IMG/VR virus record: IMGVR_UViG_3300037962_000555
Span: 1 to 55,391 of that record
DNA: 55,391 bases
DNA from: a virus
Lineage: Duplodnaviria > Caudoviricetes
Direction: 5' to 3' (one strand)
Each line of letters opens with the position of its first letter. Within the stretch, counting starts at the first letter, position 1. The translations under genes and the position numbers were made by a program. The notes under the pieces were generated by a model. It saw only the letters and a list, made by a program, of their open reading frames with translations, made no database searches and was not told the origin of the DNA. Of the stretch, positions 10,686-20,059 are shown piece after piece.

Positions 10686-10912
10686 GTTGGTTTTGCCTCC
10701 TGTTCTAGATCCTCTCCAAACCTTTGCTGGATGTCATTCAACATGGCGTAGATACTGTCCATCTCGGCAAACTGCACCATGTAGGTGAACGACAAAGCCA
10801 AACAAACTTCCATGAAGACGTTTACATCGACTTCATCTTTCATATTATCAAACAAGGTTTTGAGTGCATCAGCACAGAACTGCCGCTCTTCTGTATCAAA
10901 CTCAGCTTCCAT
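10676..10912 (-). CDS. Hypothetical protein
   Basis: 78 aa, overlaps neighbours within the minus-strand operon. Confidence 0.7.
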   Translation of the reverse strand: MEAEFDTEERQFCADALKTLFDNMKDEVDVNVFMEVCLALSFTYMVQFAEMDSIYAMLNDIQQRFGEDLEQEAKPTCH

Positions 10913-11225
10913 CTTTCTTGCCCTCCATTATATCGACCTCTCTTTGGAGTCTGGCTATCTCTTCCTTGCACCAGGCGTGGTAAGCAGGAGCACCTAGAAG
11001 TCTTTTGATCTCAGCACTGATGTAAAAGAAAATCTTCTTAGCATCTCGAACCTTGTCGCTGTGTTCTGCTTGTCCGAATCGGAAACAAGATCTGAATATC
11101 TCACCAATCTGAGCATTCATATTCTTGTACGATATTAGATCCTGAAGCTCCCTAGCATTTTTAGGGAGCTCGTAATATTTGGCAGTGCTGCCGTCTGATT
11201 TAATCTTTTCCATGAGTTTCTCCAT
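10902..11225 (-). CDS. DUF3310/SaV-like small phage protein (probable start ATG 11213)
   Basis: SDGSTAKYYELP..ELQDLI..KNMN..IGEIFR...DAKKI.FY pattern. Confidence 0.55.
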   Translation of the reverse strand: MEKLMEKIKSDGSTAKYYELPKNARELQDLISYKNMNAQIGEIFRSCFRFGQAEHSDKVRDAKKIFFYISAEIKRLLGAPAYHAWCKEEIARLQREVDIMEGKKDGS

Positions 11226-11649
11226 TAGGCAGGATCTTCAACCTGTTGTTGAAGTGTTCGCTGGGATAAAGATTAAGAAACAAATTCCCTCCTTGTGGAA
11301 TGGGGTCATATGCCCAATCAATCTTCAACATTACGTTTGGACCTCTAGTATCGTTGTCACTTTCTTCTGTAACTGAAAAACGAATCTGGTCCGAAAAGTG
11401 ACTAAACAAAATAGCGAAATCATTCATAGACATATCGTCTAATAATTCAAAACCATCTTTTGCAATGTATCTCTTTTCAGAGAACAACTCTTGATAATGG
11501 TCCCTGCTCTTTTTGTTTATCTCGTAACGCTCCGACAAATCTTCGAGTCGCGCTTCAAGATCTTTCTTGTCTTTCTCCAGGCTCTCTACCTCTTCCTCGA
11601 GCATATCGACTTTGTCTCTTAGATCCTGTTTCGATTCTGTCTTCATCAT
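11200..11649 (-). CDS. Hypothetical protein with N-terminal coiled coil
   Basis: 149 aa, AAGGAAAAC before ATG. Confidence 0.7.
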   Translation of the reverse strand: MMKTESKQDLRDKVDMLEEEVESLEKDKKDLEARLEDLSERYEINKKSRDHYQELFSEKRYIAKDGFELLDDMSMNDFAILFSHFSDQIRFSVTEESDNDTRGPNVMLKIDWAYDPIPQGGNLFLNLYPSEHFNNRLKILPNGETHGKD

Positions 11650-11835
11650 GTTTTCCTTTTGCTTTGGTTAATGTTAGTGCCGCCTTTAGACCGGACCCTG
11701 GCGGCTTCGGGTGTGTCACGCTCTTGTAAGGGGAACGCCCGGCCTAAATTAGTCCCGGTTTCGACCCTGCTACCGGGGGAGCAGTTCTTAGGACACGGAG
11801 TAATGCGCCCTTGGTCTATTCATAAATTATAATTG

Positions 11836-13725
11836 TCACCTCTCTAACACCGATTCTGGTGAAATAACTTTATCCTCTACGTTTGTACCGTCAGTCAGCA
11901 CGTGCGGACATACGTCCTTATTTACGAAAGAATCTCGAACAAACACGACCCTTGAGCCAATTGGCTTACCAGCCCACTCGCCCGTCTGATAATACCGTTC
12001 ATGTTTCAATGTGCGGAAATGCCATCGTCGATAGTGAGATCCCTGCTTACGACCCGTATAGCCCCTCGGTCCCTTGAGGGTAAATGTTTTTGGGTTGTTT
12101 GATTTTGTTGGAGATGTTTTTTCCAATAACCCGGCACGGTTTTCTTTTTTGTTTGGCACACCGCGATGTAACACTTCATCGCCTAACGCTTTGATGTATA
12201 TGAGCACCGAGGCCACTAAACGGACTATCTTCAAGCCTTCTTCCATCAAAAACTTGAAATTCTTTTCTGCAAACCGTCTCGCCTTCTTATCACCAGCTTC
12301 CGCTAATAAGATCACTTGAGCCATGCAAAGTGGTAAAATCCAGTATTGCCCTTCACAATTGACCACCAAGCATTTTGATCGATAATTAGCCATGTCTCTT
12401 TCGTAATGTTCTGCTAACGCATCCAGTTCTTCATCCGTCATATCAGATGAATACATCGGGGTTTTTTGTTGTTGGAACACGTACGCCGGACCATCTTCTG
12501 GTTTTTTCATCCACGCATCACCGAGAAATCTCGGGTCTCCACCAAGTTCGATGATTTTAGCTTTCTCGTCCCAGGCCCAACCCAAAGATTCTAGCCCCTG
12601 AGATCTAAGAAAGCTGGCTGCGGAGCGCGCTGATTGAGCATTGATCTCGTAACCCGAAGCAATGCTCACGTACATAGAGGTCATTTCATACGCCTCATCA
12701 ACATAATCGTTTGATTTTTCAGTAAAACCCTCTGGTATCATCAAGGCAAAACTTTGAATACCATCCGAAAAATCGATCCCATCAACGTGATATTCTGCGT
12801 CCAGAATGTCTTCCAGCAACTCTGCTGAGTCAGGGTAAATGACTATTCGATCAGAGTTCGGGCTGTTGTAAAAGTAGTTCATGTTCATAAACTCGGCAGT
12901 CGCGACATAGGTCTCCGTCAAGAAATCGTTGTATGCGTCGCGCACCGGAAATTTCATCGGTTTCCCATCATTCAATTCTGGGTGACTCATCTCGCGCATT
13001 TTGCCCGAATCCTTGAGGTGGTGGAGATCGAATAAATTCAATAGAGAAAACTCGCTTTGGAATATATTTAAAACACGTTTACGCAGAGAAGCTTGGGACG
13101 ACTCGTCGTCTTTGTCTGCCACGAACCAAGTGAGGTGGGTTGTATATTCTTCAAACAAGTAATGAGGGTGTAGGTTTTCAATGTCGTATAGGCTTGTGAA
13201 CAAATCCTTGCGTTTAACAAATTCCAAATCTTCATAAGATGCAGTATTTCTATGATGCCAATGCTGCCTCACAATCTCAGCATCGTGCGAAAAACAACCA
13301 AATAAATTCTTTATTAGTTGCCATGTCTGTTCTGATTCCCCCCGATGTTCGAGAATCTCCTCCTCCGGTATTCGCGCTAGATACAAAGAGGCTGCCATGT
13401 TACTGAGAAACATCGGGTTCAGTCCTATCTCTAACATTTCTTCTTTATCGCAACTGCTAAACAACGGTCGCGTTATTAGGTTTGAATTGTGGTATTCAAG
13501 CTGGTGCCGTAACTCCAAAGCAATCCAGTTCATCACCTCGAAACCGCCTTTCTCTAAAAGTCTAAAAAATTTTTTGGAGACCATTCTGTCGTTTTTCGGT
13601 TCGCCCGGTTGTATGGTGTTGTTCCAATCTTTACGCCACTTTTTTTCGTGTCGTTTAATTCTCTTAATGTAATCGGCAGGGAAACTGCGATTTATGTTTG
13701 GTAAGTCTTTATAACCTTTCATCAT
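11836..13725 (-). CDS. Large hypothetical protein with C-terminal HxRRxHxR motif
   Basis: Long ORF; GAGGAAAAA before ATG 13725 favours this start over 13824; SHYRRWHFR near the C-terminus. Confidence 0.7.
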   Translation of the reverse strand: MMKGYKDLPNINRSFPADYIKRIKRHEKKWRKDWNNTIQPGEPKNDRMVSKKFFRLLEKGGFEVMNWIALELRHQLEYHNSNLITRPLFSSCDKEEMLEIGLNPMFLSNMAASLYLARIPEEEILEHRGESEQTWQLIKNLFGCFSHDAEIVRQHWHHRNTASYEDLEFVKRKDLFTSLYDIENLHPHYLFEEYTTHLTWFVADKDDESSQASLRKRVLNIFQSEFSLLNLFDLHHLKDSGKMREMSHPELNDGKPMKFPVRDAYNDFLTETYVATAEFMNMNYFYNSPNSDRIVIYPDSAELLEDILDAEYHVDGIDFSDGIQSFALMIPEGFTEKSNDYVDEAYEMTSMYVSIASGYEINAQSARSAASFLRSQGLESLGWAWDEKAKIIELGGDPRFLGDAWMKKPEDGPAYVFQQQKTPMYSSDMTDEELDALAEHYERDMANYRSKCLVVNCEGQYWILPLCMAQVILLAEAGDKKARRFAEKNFKFLMEEGLKIVRLVASVLIYIKALGDEVLHRGVPNKKENRAGLLEKTSPTKSNNPKTFTLKGPRGYTGRKQGSHYRRWHFRTLKHERYYQTGEWAGKPIGSRVVFVRDSFVNKDVCPHVLTDGTNVEDKVISPESVLER

Positions 13726-13810
13726 TTTTTCCTCGAAAAATCCCACCTTTGGCCAACCGGGTGGGGCGGTTTCGGAAGGTCTGATTACACCTTGGCCAAT
13801 TCGTATCCAT

Positions 13811-14311
13811 TTAGTTCCACTCAACCTTCTTCAAGTTGTCCGATGACGGCGTAGCCGTCGCTTGTTGAGTAGTGTCTCCAGAAGAGGCACTTGGTTGCGG
13901 AGCAGCGGCACTACCGTTTGCAAGGTAAGTACCGATTTTGTTGTTCACATAACCGTTGTACTCTTCCTGAGTAATCTTGGCAGTGAACGTCATCCCCATG
14001 GCCTTTTGGACATGTTGGGGTTCTACAGCGGTGGTCCCATCAGGCAAAGCGCCGGATGCTTTGAGCCAGTTCTTTAGCTTTGATAAAGCCACCTTGTTAC
14101 CCAGCACGAAGAAGTCCCTGATGGGTCTTCTGCTTTCGTACTGGCTATCTGCAAAAGCGAAGTCAACGGTCATCATAGAGTTACCACTAGATGAAACCGC
14201 CTGGTCATCATAATCGACCGCCTTCATCAGGTACTCACCCTCTGGAAGAGGAGCAGAACCTGCGTTGTCAGGGACATCAGAGATGTCAATTTTGTGATCA
14301 AAGAATCCCAT
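13811..14311 (-). CDS. DUF669-family ssDNA-binding protein
   Basis: PLPEGEY..., OB-fold-like core, flexible tail ending in W; next to Sak4-like gene. Confidence 0.75.
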   Translation of the reverse strand: MGFFDHKIDISDVPDNAGSAPLPEGEYLMKAVDYDDQAVSSSGNSMMTVDFAFADSQYESRRPIRDFFVLGNKVALSKLKNWLKASGALPDGTTAVEPQHVQKAMGMTFTAKITQEEYNGYVNNKIGTYLANGSAAAPQPSASSGDTTQQATATPSSDNLKKVEWN

Positions 14312-14319
14312 GTAACCTC

Positions 14320-15084
14320 CTATGCAGCTACTGTTTCACTCGGAGCTAACGCCTCGAGATAAGATTTGTGAAATGCATCCCACTCCAGCGGGAGCTGGGG
14401 AGGAATCGTTAGTCGAGACTTAGCCTCAAAACCCATCGCATACTTTGTATACAGGATTCTGTTGCCATGACTCTTAGGTTTGCCGTCATTAACAGACTTG
14501 TCGTAGTCAGCAAAGAGGTTGAAGTCCACCCAATCTTTGATCAACGAGTTGATCTTTTTGTTGGAGCGCATTTGAAATGCGTGATACTCGCCAACCGTGG
14601 GGTCCACGATCGTCTTATCTCCAACGTGACTGAGCAAGATGACATTCATGCCTCGCTCTTCAAAGCATATATTCAAACCTTGAAGTAGCTTTCTCCAGGC
14701 ATTCTCTTCAGCAACGTAAAACGCGCCGTATCCTGCCTGTTTATCCTGCGGCCCATTCCAGCCATTGGTCTCGCAGACATACTCTTCACCGAACTTCGAT
14801 GCCGCATCTGTCGTATCAAGCACAACGCTTTTGTAGTCATGAGGTTCTTCGATTAAGGTCTTGACCTGAGTCAACAACTGGTTCCAGCTTTCTATCACTG
14901 GGAACCTCGCCACGTTATCGATGAACTTCAATCCATCTTCGGCCTGGATAAAGATAGAACTGGGTGCATCAGCACCGAAGGTGCTTTTACCTATTCCATC
15001 TACGCCCTGAACATTGACGCGCACAGGTGGAACCGTGCCATCAAAGCTCTTGGACTTAGTTTCAACTTGATCTAACAAACTCAT
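14320..15084 (-). CDS. Sak4-like AAA_24 ATPase (ssDNA annealing)
   Basis: Walker A GVDGIGKS, EDG, VVLDT, GYG, ILLSH, EAKSR. Confidence 0.85.
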   Translation of the reverse strand: MSLLDQVETKSKSFDGTVPPVRVNVQGVDGIGKSTFGADAPSSIFIQAEDGLKFIDNVARFPVIESWNQLLTQVKTLIEEPHDYKSVVLDTTDAASKFGEEYVCETNGWNGPQDKQAGYGAFYVAEENAWRKLLQGLNICFEERGMNVILLSHVGDKTIVDPTVGEYHAFQMRSNKKINSLIKDWVDFNLFADYDKSVNDGKPKSHGNRILYTKYAMGFEAKSRLTIPPQLPLEWDAFHKSYLEALAPSETVAA

Positions 15085-15509
15085 TTAGCCTCCTTGAGTT
15101 TCTCAATGTTGATTTCCTTTACTCTGAAATTACCTAGTTTGATTGAGTGAGCTCCGTGCAACTTCTTCACAGTCGAATCATCAGGATTCGCCATGGCAAA
15201 AGATTCAAAGGAACGGTAGTCAACCTTGTAGGTAGTTTGTTGAGTGATGAAATGAGGCCAGTCTTCTTTCGACATATCAGACAATAGACCAGCGAGTAAG
15301 TCCTGATCCCAAACGTGATCACGCTTGATCTCAACGCTTATGCCGCTGATGGTTTTCTGTCCACCTTCGTTGCTCAATAGGAGTTTTTGTTGTGCAAGCT
15401 CTTCTGTATTTAGAAGTTGTTGCTCGAGCTTCTTGATGTGTGTATCAAGTTCTCTCTTCTTCTGTTTCGCACCTTCAAGTTGGTACGCCAAAGACACTGC
15501 TTCTTCCAT
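15081..15509 (-). CDS. Hypothetical protein (Sak4-associated, coiled coil)
   Basis: 142 aa, first gene of the leftward recombination operon. Confidence 0.7.
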   Translation of the reverse strand: MEEAVSLAYQLEGAKQKKRELDTHIKKLEQQLLNTEELAQQKLLLSNEGGQKTISGISVEIKRDHVWDQDLLAGLLSDMSKEDWPHFITQQTTYKVDYRSFESFAMANPDDSTVKKLHGAHSIKLGNFRVKEINIEKLKEAK

Positions 15510-15639
15510 ATCTCAATCTCTCTTCTCTCAACGAGATCGAATTTGGCACAGCTAGAATTATATTGCAACTATTTTTTATGACTGTTTATCTTTTTAATTT
15601 AATACAGTATGATCGGCAAAACTGATGGAGACTTAGCCA
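15510..15639. promoter_or_regulatory. Divergent promoter region
   Basis: AT-rich gap between divergent genes; TATAAT on minus (15557-15562), TATGAT on plus (15608-15613). Confidence 0.5.
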
Positions 15640-15897
15640 ATGGCAACAGACATACAAATAGAAAGCTTGGAGGATCTCCCTCCGAAAAGAACACGAGGGC
15701 CAGGTAAATGGCAGAAGAAGCTACAGGACATTGATGCTGGGACAGTGTTTACAATCGAAGATGACAACGAACAATCAGCCATATCTAAATATCGGTCGAT
15801 CAGAATAGCTGCCAAAAGCCTCGGACACAAGACCAGTATGCGTCAGATGGAAGAGGGCAAGATCATGGTGAAACTAGTTAGTAAAGAAGAAACCTAG
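15640..15897 (+). CDS. Small basic putative DNA-binding protein
   Basis: 85 aa, LPPKRTRG..KW...L..ID.G..F pattern, directly upstream of the primase. Confidence 0.55.
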   Translation: MATDIQIESLEDLPPKRTRGPGKWQKKLQDIDAGTVFTIEDDNEQSAISKYRSIRIAAKSLGHKTSMRQMEEGKIMVKLVSKEET

Positions 15898-17921
15898 TGC
15901 CTTTCTTTCTGGATGAAAGATCCGGAGAAGAAGTCTCCCCCGAAGCAAAGTTAGAGATGCTCCTATCTATGTGGGAGTATGGTATGCATGTCATACCGTG
16001 TGGCTCTCCATCAGAAATAGTGCCGCAATACTTTCGCAGTCGTAACCCGTTCTCTGAAGAAGATGACATGAAGCGCAAGTGGTCGAAGACTCCTCGCGTC
16101 AATTGGCAACACTATCAGAAGATACAACCATCAAGAGAAGAGATCACGCAGTGGCACGGTCAGTATCCACAAGCTAACTGGGCAGCAATAACAGGTATCA
16201 ACTTTGTGGTGGTGGACTCTGACTCAGTCGAGAGCACCAACTGGATACAGGAAGGCGGCATCACAAAGACACCGATGATGCAGACATCTCCTGCAGGGGG
16301 CAGACACTTTTTCTATAGCGCACCCAACAACAGAACAGTGCGTAACTCAGTCGGTAAAAACAAAATAGATGTGAGAGGTGACGGTGGCTACATCATGGTC
16401 GTACCGTCCTATAACTACAAGATAGATTACGATGAGAGCTTCATCATCTCAGACTTCGATGAACTCCCTGTGCTCACAGAAGAAGATACACAGAAGATCT
16501 TCGCCTTCAACAACGATGGCAAAGTCGAAACACTCAGAGAGAAGCTGACAGAAGAACCCAGAGTCGAGGGCAGTCGCAACGACACCTTGGCCAGGCTAGT
16601 AGGTAAGTGGGTGAAAGAAGGGTGGGGAACCAGAGAGATAATGATTAAGGCCCACGATTGGAATCAAACGTGTCAGCCGCCGATGGATCTCGTAGAGACA
16701 ACACGCACAACAGTATCGATTATCAATGGTCACATCAAACGACACCCAGAAGATGTGGATGCAGGTGTGTTGCAGTGGAAGTCATCGACTTGGAATACAG
16801 ACATCAAAGATGATCTGGAGCAGATACAGAGTCAGGAAGACATCGAACCGGAAGAGGATGCCGATGAAGGCCCACTGGGTCTGAAGCCGTTCAGCGCATC
16901 AGAGTGGTCAGAGCTCAAGCCCAGCACGATCGAACAATACTGGGGTGACGCATTCATCTTTGAGAAGAGTCGAGTGTTACTGCTGGGCAAACCCAAGATC
17001 GGTAAGTCAAACTGGTTGGGTGCATTCGCAGCGGGAGCAACTACAGGCACAGACTTCATGGATGTTCCGTTCAACAAACCGCTCAAGGTCATGTGGTTTC
17101 AGGCAGAGATCATCGCAGAGTTTTTGAAGCGTCGTATCGAAACATACTACAAGCGATATCTGGGTGACCCAGATGTGCAGAGAATCGGATACGACAATTT
17201 AATCATCAGCGGCAGACTGAGAAAGAACCTGATGAGAGATGCAGACATCCAGGCATTTAGCGATGAGATTGCATTTCACAATCCAGACATCGTCATGATT
17301 GACCCAGTGATCAACTTCTTTGATGGTGAAGAGAACAACAACAGTGACATCCGTAGACTCATGGACCGCATCGATATGCTCATGGAGTTGAACAATGTCT
17401 CTGTGATTCTCGCACATCACACAGGTAAAGAGAGGGCAGATGATAAGTCATTCCTATCTGCTCGAGGTGGTTCCGTTTTCGCAGGATGGTTTGACTCAGG
17501 CATCAAGCTCAGTGGCGAGAAGCCAGAAGTTAACATGTTCTATGAGGCGCGTAACGCACGAGAGCCTGAAGAGCACATGGCGTTCTTTGATTTCGATGAG
17601 GGTCTTTGGAAGCGAAGCATGTGGACACCGCCTACAAGACAGAAGCAGGAGATGTCAGAAGAAGATGAAGTCAAGATAGCTAATGTGGTGGTGGGTGCGA
17701 TGAGCAGCACGAAGTTCTATAACAGAAAAGAACTGGAGATCTTGGCGCGTGAGGCTCTGGGCAAAGCTAAAATGAACAGTGGTGAGAAGGCAGCGATGAA
17801 GGCAGTCAGCTATGTACAGAAGTACAAAGGGAATATAGTGAAGACACATGCGGAGCCTGGCAAAGCAGTGTGGCACTATTTGGAATCGAATGAAATGCAA
17901 CGACCGTGGGAGGTTGAATGA
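15897..17921 (+). CDS. Bifunctional primase-polymerase + PriCT + AAA_25 helicase
   Basis: VVVDSD, GGRHFFY, DVRGDGGY..VPS; EGSRND; Walker A GKPKIGKS, MIDP, AHHTGK, ARGGS. Confidence 0.9.
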   Translation: MPFFLDERSGEEVSPEAKLEMLLSMWEYGMHVIPCGSPSEIVPQYFRSRNPFSEEDDMKRKWSKTPRVNWQHYQKIQPSREEITQWHGQYPQANWAAITGINFVVVDSDSVESTNWIQEGGITKTPMMQTSPAGGRHFFYSAPNNRTVRNSVGKNKIDVRGDGGYIMVVPSYNYKIDYDESFIISDFDELPVLTEEDTQKIFAFNNDGKVETLREKLTEEPRVEGSRNDTLARLVGKWVKEGWGTREIMIKAHDWNQTCQPPMDLVETTRTTVSIINGHIKRHPEDVDAGVLQWKSSTWNTDIKDDLEQIQSQEDIEPEEDADEGPLGLKPFSASEWSELKPSTIEQYWGDAFIFEKSRVLLLGKPKIGKSNWLGAFAAGATTGTDFMDVPFNKPLKVMWFQAEIIAEFLKRRIETYYKRYLGDPDVQRIGYDNLIISGRLRKNLMRDADIQAFSDEIAFHNPDIVMIDPVINFFDGEENNNSDIRRLMDRIDMLMELNNVSVILAHHTGKERADDKSFLSARGGSVFAGWFDSGIKLSGEKPEVNMFYEARNAREPEEHMAFFDFDEGLWKRSMWTPPTRQKQEMSEEDEVKIANVVVGAMSSTKFYNRKELEILAREALGKAKMNSGEKAAMKAVSYVQKYKGNIVKTHAEPGKAVWHYLESNEMQRPWEVE

Positions 17922-18220
17922 TGAAAGGCAACGGCAGACATAATTTTAATGAAAATAATGGATATGTAGTTTTGTTTGTAGGAACGCCATACATGGATGG
18001 CAGATACACAAACGAGGAGGACGCACACGAGATCGCGGATCACATGGAAAGTCGTTACCCTCACATCCGTTTTGAGGTTGTTGAGGTCAGGGGAGACTTT
18101 CGGGTGACTGACGATATCTTCTGGGCTAGACATCAGGATGAGATAGAAAAGTTTGAAAAGGATTCGAGTCATATCTGGTGGTACAGAGATGGATACAAAG
18201 CAGAAATTAACAGTAATTAG
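17918..18220 (+). CDS. Hypothetical protein
   Basis: 100 aa, ATGA overlap with the primase stop. Confidence 0.65.
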   Translation: MMKGNGRHNFNENNGYVVLFVGTPYMDGRYTNEEDAHEIADHMESRYPHIRFEVVEVRGDFRVTDDIFWARHQDEIEKFEKDSSHIWWYRDGYKAEINSN

Positions 18221-19001
18221 TTTGGGCGCAGGGGTGCAGTCGAGCACGATGGCACTCATGGCGGCGCATGGTGAAATCACACCGATGCCTGACTACGCAA
18301 TCTTTGCAGACACACAGGCAGAGCCGAAGCATATCTATACCTGGCTCGATTGGATTGAAACTCAGCTACCGTTTCCTTTGATCAGAGTGACTGCTGGCAG
18401 TTTGAAAGAGGCTGTGCTCAATGGCAAAGACAGATTTGCCCCGCCACCTTTCTACACATCGACAGAATCAGGAGAGAAAGAAGGGCTGCTTCGCAGACAA
18501 TGTACAAGAGAATACAAGATAGCTCCAATCCAAAAGAAGATTCGAGAGCTCGCAGGGTACAAGCCCAGACAGAGAATACCTGTAGGCACAGTCGAGCAGT
18601 GGATAGGTATCTCGACTGATGAGATGCAACGCATGAAGGATGCACCCGAAAGATGGTGTGACAATCGGTGGCCCCTGATCGAGAAGCGCATGACTCGTAT
18701 GCATTGTCTTGAGTGGATGCGCGATCATGGTTACAACGAACTGCCGAAGAAGAGCGCGTGTACCTTCTGTCCCTATCATGACAACGCGACATGGCGAAAG
18801 ATGAAAGAAGAAGATCCCGAATCCTGGGATGAGGCAGTCATGGTCGACAAGTCGATTCGAGATGGGTTTTCAAAAACAACACAGAAACTTTATGTGCATC
18901 GAAGTCTACAGCCGCTTGATGTCGTTGATCTGTCTGACCCAGCAAAGGATCAGATTACATTCAGCTTCATGGATGAGTGCGATGGGATGTGTGGTGTATA
19001 A
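18189..19001 (+). CDS. PAPS-reductase-like / PP-loop protein with Cys cluster
   Basis: SLGAGVQSS PP-loop, IFADT, RQCT.EYKI.PI, KSACTFCPY, ECDGMCGV. Confidence 0.8.
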   Translation: MDTKQKLTVISLGAGVQSSTMALMAAHGEITPMPDYAIFADTQAEPKHIYTWLDWIETQLPFPLIRVTAGSLKEAVLNGKDRFAPPPFYTSTESGEKEGLLRRQCTREYKIAPIQKKIRELAGYKPRQRIPVGTVEQWIGISTDEMQRMKDAPERWCDNRWPLIEKRMTRMHCLEWMRDHGYNELPKKSACTFCPYHDNATWRKMKEEDPESWDEAVMVDKSIRDGFSKTTQKLYVHRSLQPLDVVDLSDPAKDQITFSFMDECDGMCGV

Positions 19002-19072
19002 AAAAGCCTCACTGCCAGATTTGATTGGCCATAGACTGTGAGGAGTCCAGCCTGGGAGATCGACAGTGAGGC
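19000..19072 (-). terminator. Long hairpin followed by U-tract on the minus strand (terminator or small RNA)
   Basis: GCCTCACTG (19006-14) / CAGTGAGGC (19064-72), flanked by an A-run. Confidence 0.5.
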
Positions 19073-19121
19073 ATACCCCAAAGCAAAAGGGTACAAAGAT
19101 TCTAGCATCAGGTAGATTTGA

Positions 19122-19337
19122 ATGGCAAAGGTAAGTTTAGAGTTTGATTTGAGTGAGGAGAAGATAGAGAACTACATAAGGAGGTTCGAGGATATGTTAG
19201 ACAAAGCAGAAGAGGTATCGACTATGATGGATGATCTTGAATCTGTGATCGAGAGACTGCAGAAGATTGTGAAAGAGGACGAGGAGGCGAAACGAAAGAC
19301 AAGGAGAACAGTAACCCGAAAGAAGAAGGAGGCATAA
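19122..19337 (+). CDS. Hypothetical coiled-coil protein
   Basis: 71 aa ORF with AGGT upstream. Confidence 0.65.
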   Translation: MAKVSLEFDLSEEKIENYIRRFEDMLDKAEEVSTMMDDLESVIERLQKIVKEDEEAKRKTRRTVTRKKKEA

Positions 19338-19338
19338 C

Positions 19339-19692
19339 GTGTCAAACAACCCATGTGAGGTGGTGTTCACTTACGTTGATGAAGACGGCAAAGTGAACTC
19401 AAAGATCTATCAGAACATTTACTTTGGTGACTTTCACAATCACCCGTTTGTGAAGCAACTGAACTGTGGCGGCTCGACGGGCAAGATGGAGTTGATCGGC
19501 TGCTCAATCACATCGATGAGCAAGCGCGAGTTCGCAACACCTGAGCACAACGCAGATGTCGGATTCAAGATAGCAGAAGACAAAGCGAAGGAGGGTGGAG
19601 CGTCTGTTGAGATCAACAAACACAAGGCAAAAGCAGAGAAAGAAAAGGGCGTTGAGGAGGCTCATGAAAAAATACTTAGAGCAGAAACTTAA
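19339..19692 (+). CDS. Hypothetical protein
   Basis: 117 aa, GGAGG SD before GTG. Confidence 0.65.
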   Translation: MSNNPCEVVFTYVDEDGKVNSKIYQNIYFGDFHNHPFVKQLNCGGSTGKMELIGCSITSMSKREFATPEHNADVGFKIAEDKAKEGGASVEINKHKAKAEKEKGVEEAHEKILRAET

Positions 19693-19733
19693 AGTAAATT
19701 CTAGGTTCGGGATCGATTTACTTTTGGGCAAAA

Positions 19734-19990
19734 GGGTAGGTGCAAGGGGTGTTTTTCATTTTGCACCTACCCCCCTCAAAAATGAGCTAAGTCATTGATT
19801 TATATAGTAGGTGCACGTAGGTGCAAAGGTGCAGCGTGCAGTACCGTGCACCTTGCACCTACCCCTATGTAAGTCATTGATTTATAAGGGTGGTGCAAGG
19901 TGCACGAGGTGCACCTCTAAAGAGGGGGAGAGAACTCTTAATAGTTCTCCCCTACGGGAACCCCCCTTCTCCCCTCTTAGAGGAGTTGAA
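19734..19990. repeat. GTGCA/TGCAC iteron-like array with two IHF-consensus sites (putative origin or packaging site)
   Basis: About 11 GTGCA/TGCAC copies in both orientations; 17-bp direct repeat TAAGTCATTGATTTATA at 19788 and 19870. Confidence 0.7.
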
Positions 19991-20059
19991 AAAAAGAAAA
20001 AAAAATTTTTAAATAAAAAAATTAAAGCATGAAAATTTACAGAGTGAGGACAGGATTTA

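Noticed and set aside
11660-11820. tRNA
   Set aside because: Contains GGTTTCGA but no acceptor stem, D arm or anticodon arm geometry
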